DNA of 64,000 nucleotides from Rhodospirillaceae bacterium (GTDB lineage Bacteria; Pseudomonadota; Alphaproteobacteria; UBA7887), in assembly GCA_002728255.1 (NCBI GenBank), contig PBWV01000044.1, positions 17,927 to 81,926 of the forward strand, written 5' to 3'. A model generated the notes under the pieces. The model ran no database searches. It was given only the letters and a program-made list of their open reading frames with translations, and was not told the origin of the DNA. A program made the position numbers and the translations under genes. Below, piece by piece: positions 61,496 through 64,000 of this stretch. Numbering within the stretch: the stretch's first letter is position 1; the number at the start of each line of letters is the position of its first letter.

Positions 61496-62835
61496 CCTCT
61501 CCTACCCCTGAGCCGTGACTTCTTAATAAGACCCTCATATTGATGAGCCAACAAATGAGAATGAACCTGACCTACAAAATCCATATTAACGTTAACCACT
61601 ATCAATAGACTTGTACCTCCAAAATAGAACGGCACAGCATATTGGGAGATTAATATTTCGGGTAGCACACAAACTGCAGAAAGATAAATAGCGCCCACCG
61701 TTGTCAAACGCCGCAAGACGTAGTCGATATACTCAGCGGTATTTTTTCCCGGCCTGATACCAGGGATAAAACCATTATTTTTCTTCAAGTTATCCGCCGT
61801 ATCCTCGGGGTTAAATACTACCGAGGTATAAAAGAAGGCAAAAAATACGATCAATGAGATGTACAACAACAAATAGGCTGGAGAACCTCTAGAAAGGAGC
61901 GCCGCAAAATCGGACAACCACCCGGGCCCACTCGCCGCTGAAAAGCTCATCGCTGTTATGGGTAACAGTAGAAGAGAACTGGCAAAAATTGGCGGGATCA
62001 CACCCGCCGTGTTTAATTTTAAGGGAAGATGACTATTTTCCCCTCCAAACATCCTATTTCCAACTTGACGCTTCGGATACTGCACAATGAGGCGCCTCTG
62101 CGCCCTTTCAACAAATACGATAAACGCTATGACTGCGATCGCCATAACCATCAGAAGAATAATAAACAGGGCAGACAGGGCACCCGTGCGGCCTAATTCT
62201 AATGTGGTAGCCATTGCCGATGGGAGCTCTGCGACGATACCCGCCATAATTATCAGAGATATCCCATTACCTACCCCTCGAGCAGTTATTTGTTCGCCAA
62301 GCCACATAAGGAAAATTGTTCCACCTACCAAAGTAATAACCGTAATAGCACGAAAAGTAAGACCAGGATCCAAAACTGCAGAACCTTGGCTCCCCGTCAT
62401 TCCTTCCAGACCAACGGCAATGCCAAGACCTTGAAAAGTGGCTAAAATAACTGTTCCATACCGCGTGTATTGCGTGATTTTTCGGCGCCCGGAATCCCCT
62501 TCCTTTTTCAACTGCGCCAAGTGCGGCGATACCGTGGTCATCAACTGAATAATTATTGAGGCGGAAATATAGGGCATTATATTTAGAGCAAAAATAGTCA
62601 TTCGACCAAGCGCTCCACCCGAAAACATATTAAACATCCCTATTATTCCAGCCGCCTGCTGGCGAAAAACATCCTCCAAAATTATTGGGTCAATTCCAGG
62701 CAAAGGTATATAGGTCCCCAACCGATATACGATTAAAGCACCAAATGTGAACCACAACCTCTTCTTCAACTCCGTTGCTTTTGCTAGAGCTCCAAAGTTA
62801 ATATTTGCTGCGAGTTGTTCTGCTGCTGAGGGCAT
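61492..62835 (-). CDS. secY: Preprotein translocase subunit SecY.
   Basis: 447 aa, 10 TM helices, conserved SecY blocks. Confidence 0.9.
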   Translation of the reverse strand: MPSAAEQLAANINFGALAKATELKKRLWFTFGALIVYRLGTYIPLPGIDPIILEDVFRQQAAGIIGMFNMFSGGALGRMTIFALNIMPYISASIIIQLMTTVSPHLAQLKKEGDSGRRKITQYTRYGTVILATFQGLGIAVGLEGMTGSQGSAVLDPGLTFRAITVITLVGGTIFLMWLGEQITARGVGNGISLIIMAGIVAELPSAMATTLELGRTGALSALFIILLMVMAIAVIAFIVFVERAQRRLIVQYPKRQVGNRMFGGENSHLPLKLNTAGVIPPIFASSLLLLPITAMSFSAASGPGWLSDFAALLSRGSPAYLLLYISLIVFFAFFYTSVVFNPEDTADNLKKNNGFIPGIRPGKNTAEYIDYVLRRLTTVGAIYLSAVCVLPEILISQYAVPFYFGGTSLLIVVNVNMDFVGQVHSHLLAHQYEGLIKKSRLRGRRG

Positions 62836-62868
62836 TACCTACCTAGTACAAAAATAATTCCTGATCTC

Positions 62869-63390
62869 TTAATCACCGGTCGAAACAGAATCCGACCTAT
62901 CCCGTCTCTCAGGGGCAACCTTTCCCGTGCCCTGCAAGATCTTTATTTCACCACCTACCTTCTTAAAGGCTTTCATAGCCCCCGCGGTGGCACCGCTAAC
63001 CTCTATATTTATCTTAGCAGTTAAATCTCCATTCCCTAAAAGACGCACTCCATTAGGAGCCCCCGAGATCAACCCAGCCGTTTCAAGCGACTTTATATCC
63101 ATAAAGCCCTCGCCAACTGTTAACCTACCTCTATCTATCGCCGCCTGGATCTGGCCTACATTGACTTCAGCATATTTTTTTGAAAACTTATTGTTAAAAC
63201 CCCGCTTTGGTAAGCGTCTATAAAGAGGCATTTGCCCCCCTTCGAATCCTTTTATAGCAACTCCGGATCGCGATTTTTGCCCCTTATGACCACGGCCCGC
63301 AGTCTTCCCTGAACCCGACCCAATGCCGCGACCAACTCTCGAACGCTCGCGACTAGCTCCGGGGTTATCACGCAGTTCATTCAGCTTCAT
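62869..63390 (-). CDS. rplO: 50S ribosomal protein L15.
   Basis: [38 protein letters not shown]. The ORF-track start lies further upstream. Confidence 0.85.
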   Translation of the reverse strand: MKLNELRDNPGASRERSRVGRGIGSGSGKTAGRGHKGQKSRSGVAIKGFEGGQMPLYRRLPKRGFNNKFSKKYAEVNVGQIQAAIDRGRLTVGEGFMDIKSLETAGLISGAPNGVRLLGNGDLTAKINIEVSGATAGAMKAFKKVGGEIKILQGTGKVAPERRDRSDSVSTGD

Positions 63391-63427
63391 TCCCAACAAC
63401 CTCCCAACATCCCTCCAACCATTCTGC

Positions 63428-63628
63428 TCACTCAACGATCTCCACATGAACAAGATGCTGGACCTTAGTTATCATTCCTCGTATGGAGGGACTATTATCT
63501 AGCACCCGAGTACGATTTAATTTATTCAACCCCAACCCAACCAACGTGGCTTTTTGATCTTTGGGCCGACCTATTCCACTGCCTATCTGTGTGACCCGCA
63601 ATCGTCCGACTTCATTCTGCGCCATCGC
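63428..63628 (-). CDS. rpmD: 50S ribosomal protein L30.
   Basis: [33 protein letters not shown]. Confidence 0.8.
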   Translation of the reverse strand, partial: AMAQNEVGRLRVTQIGSGIGRPKDQKATLVGLGLNKLNRTRVLDNSPSIRGMITKVQHLVHVEIVE

Positions 63629-64000
63629 GAACCCTTTCCCTGGCAACACCAGCTTTCCCACGATTAGCAAGGACCTCCCCAATCTTCTTATTTCGCTTTG
63701 CCGCCGTCGAGCGTGGCGATTCAATTTTAGCTAGTGCGTCAAACGTAGCACGCACCATATTATACGGATTAGCGCTCCCTATAGATTTGGTCACCACATC
63801 CTGCACACCCAGCGTTTCAAACACGGCCCTCATTGGCCCCCCGGCAATTATTCCTGTACCAGGAGGAGCCGCCCTCAGAACCACCCGCCCAGCTCCAAAC
63901 CGACCGTTAACGTCGTGGTGTAGTGTTCGGCCTTCCCGAAGTGGAACCCGCACTAGGCGGCCCTGAGCTGTCTGAGTTGCCTTTCTGATAGCCTCCGGCA
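63612..64000 (-). CDS. rpsE: 30S ribosomal protein S5, C-terminal part. The 5' end lies beyond the window edge.
   Basis: [58 protein letters not shown]. Confidence 0.8.
   Translation of the reverse strand, partial: PEAIRKATQTAQGRLVRVPLREGRTLHHDVNGRFGAGRVVLRAAPPGTGIIAGGPMRAVFETLGVQDVVTKSIGSANPYNMVRATFDALAKIESPRSTAAKRNKKIGEVLANRGKAGVARERVRDGAE

Overview
The window is a 64-kb chromosomal segment whose gene order (L30-L15-secY-adk-S13-S11-rpoA-L17, then a degP-like protease, rarA, crcB and rluC) is typical of an alphaproteobacterium. GC content is mid-range. Almost the whole window is protein-coding, mostly on the minus strand.

Core genes recognised:
- Amino-acid and central metabolism: indolepyruvate:ferredoxin oxidoreductase iorAB, class I fructose-bisphosphate aldolase, pyruvate phosphate dikinase, propionyl-CoA carboxylase pccBA, lipB.
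- Translation and RNA: glyQS, queC and queE, a TrmN6-like tRNA methyltransferase, tRNA-Phe(GAA) and tRNA-Leu(GAG).
- Other housekeeping: sppA, mgtE, and the 3' part of the ribosomal str/spc/alpha cluster, with rpsE truncated at the window edge.

Accessory content:
- A sulfur-related set of genes: a TauD/TfdA dioxygenase, a periplasmic rhodanese, and a sorAB sulfite dehydrogenase operon that is headed by a NosR/NirI-type membrane flavo-FeS protein and followed by a putative outer-membrane barrel.
- A tightly coupled five-gene LPS-core/glycosyltransferase operon (GT4, GT9, GT2, GT4, then an AsnB-type amidotransferase).
- A sugar-acid catabolic cluster (family III CoA-transferase, rhamnonate-dehydratase-like enolase, TIM-barrel isomerase, SDR).
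- An Hsp20 gene with a sigma-32 promoter and a ROSE-like 5'UTR.
- A 4.4-kb stretch next to tRNA-Phe carrying only hypothetical genes, long non-coding gaps and a tandem direct repeat.

No CRISPR array, transposase or integrase was recognised. The most unusual items are the NosR-like/sorAB arrangement and the tRNA-Phe-proximal hypothetical region.
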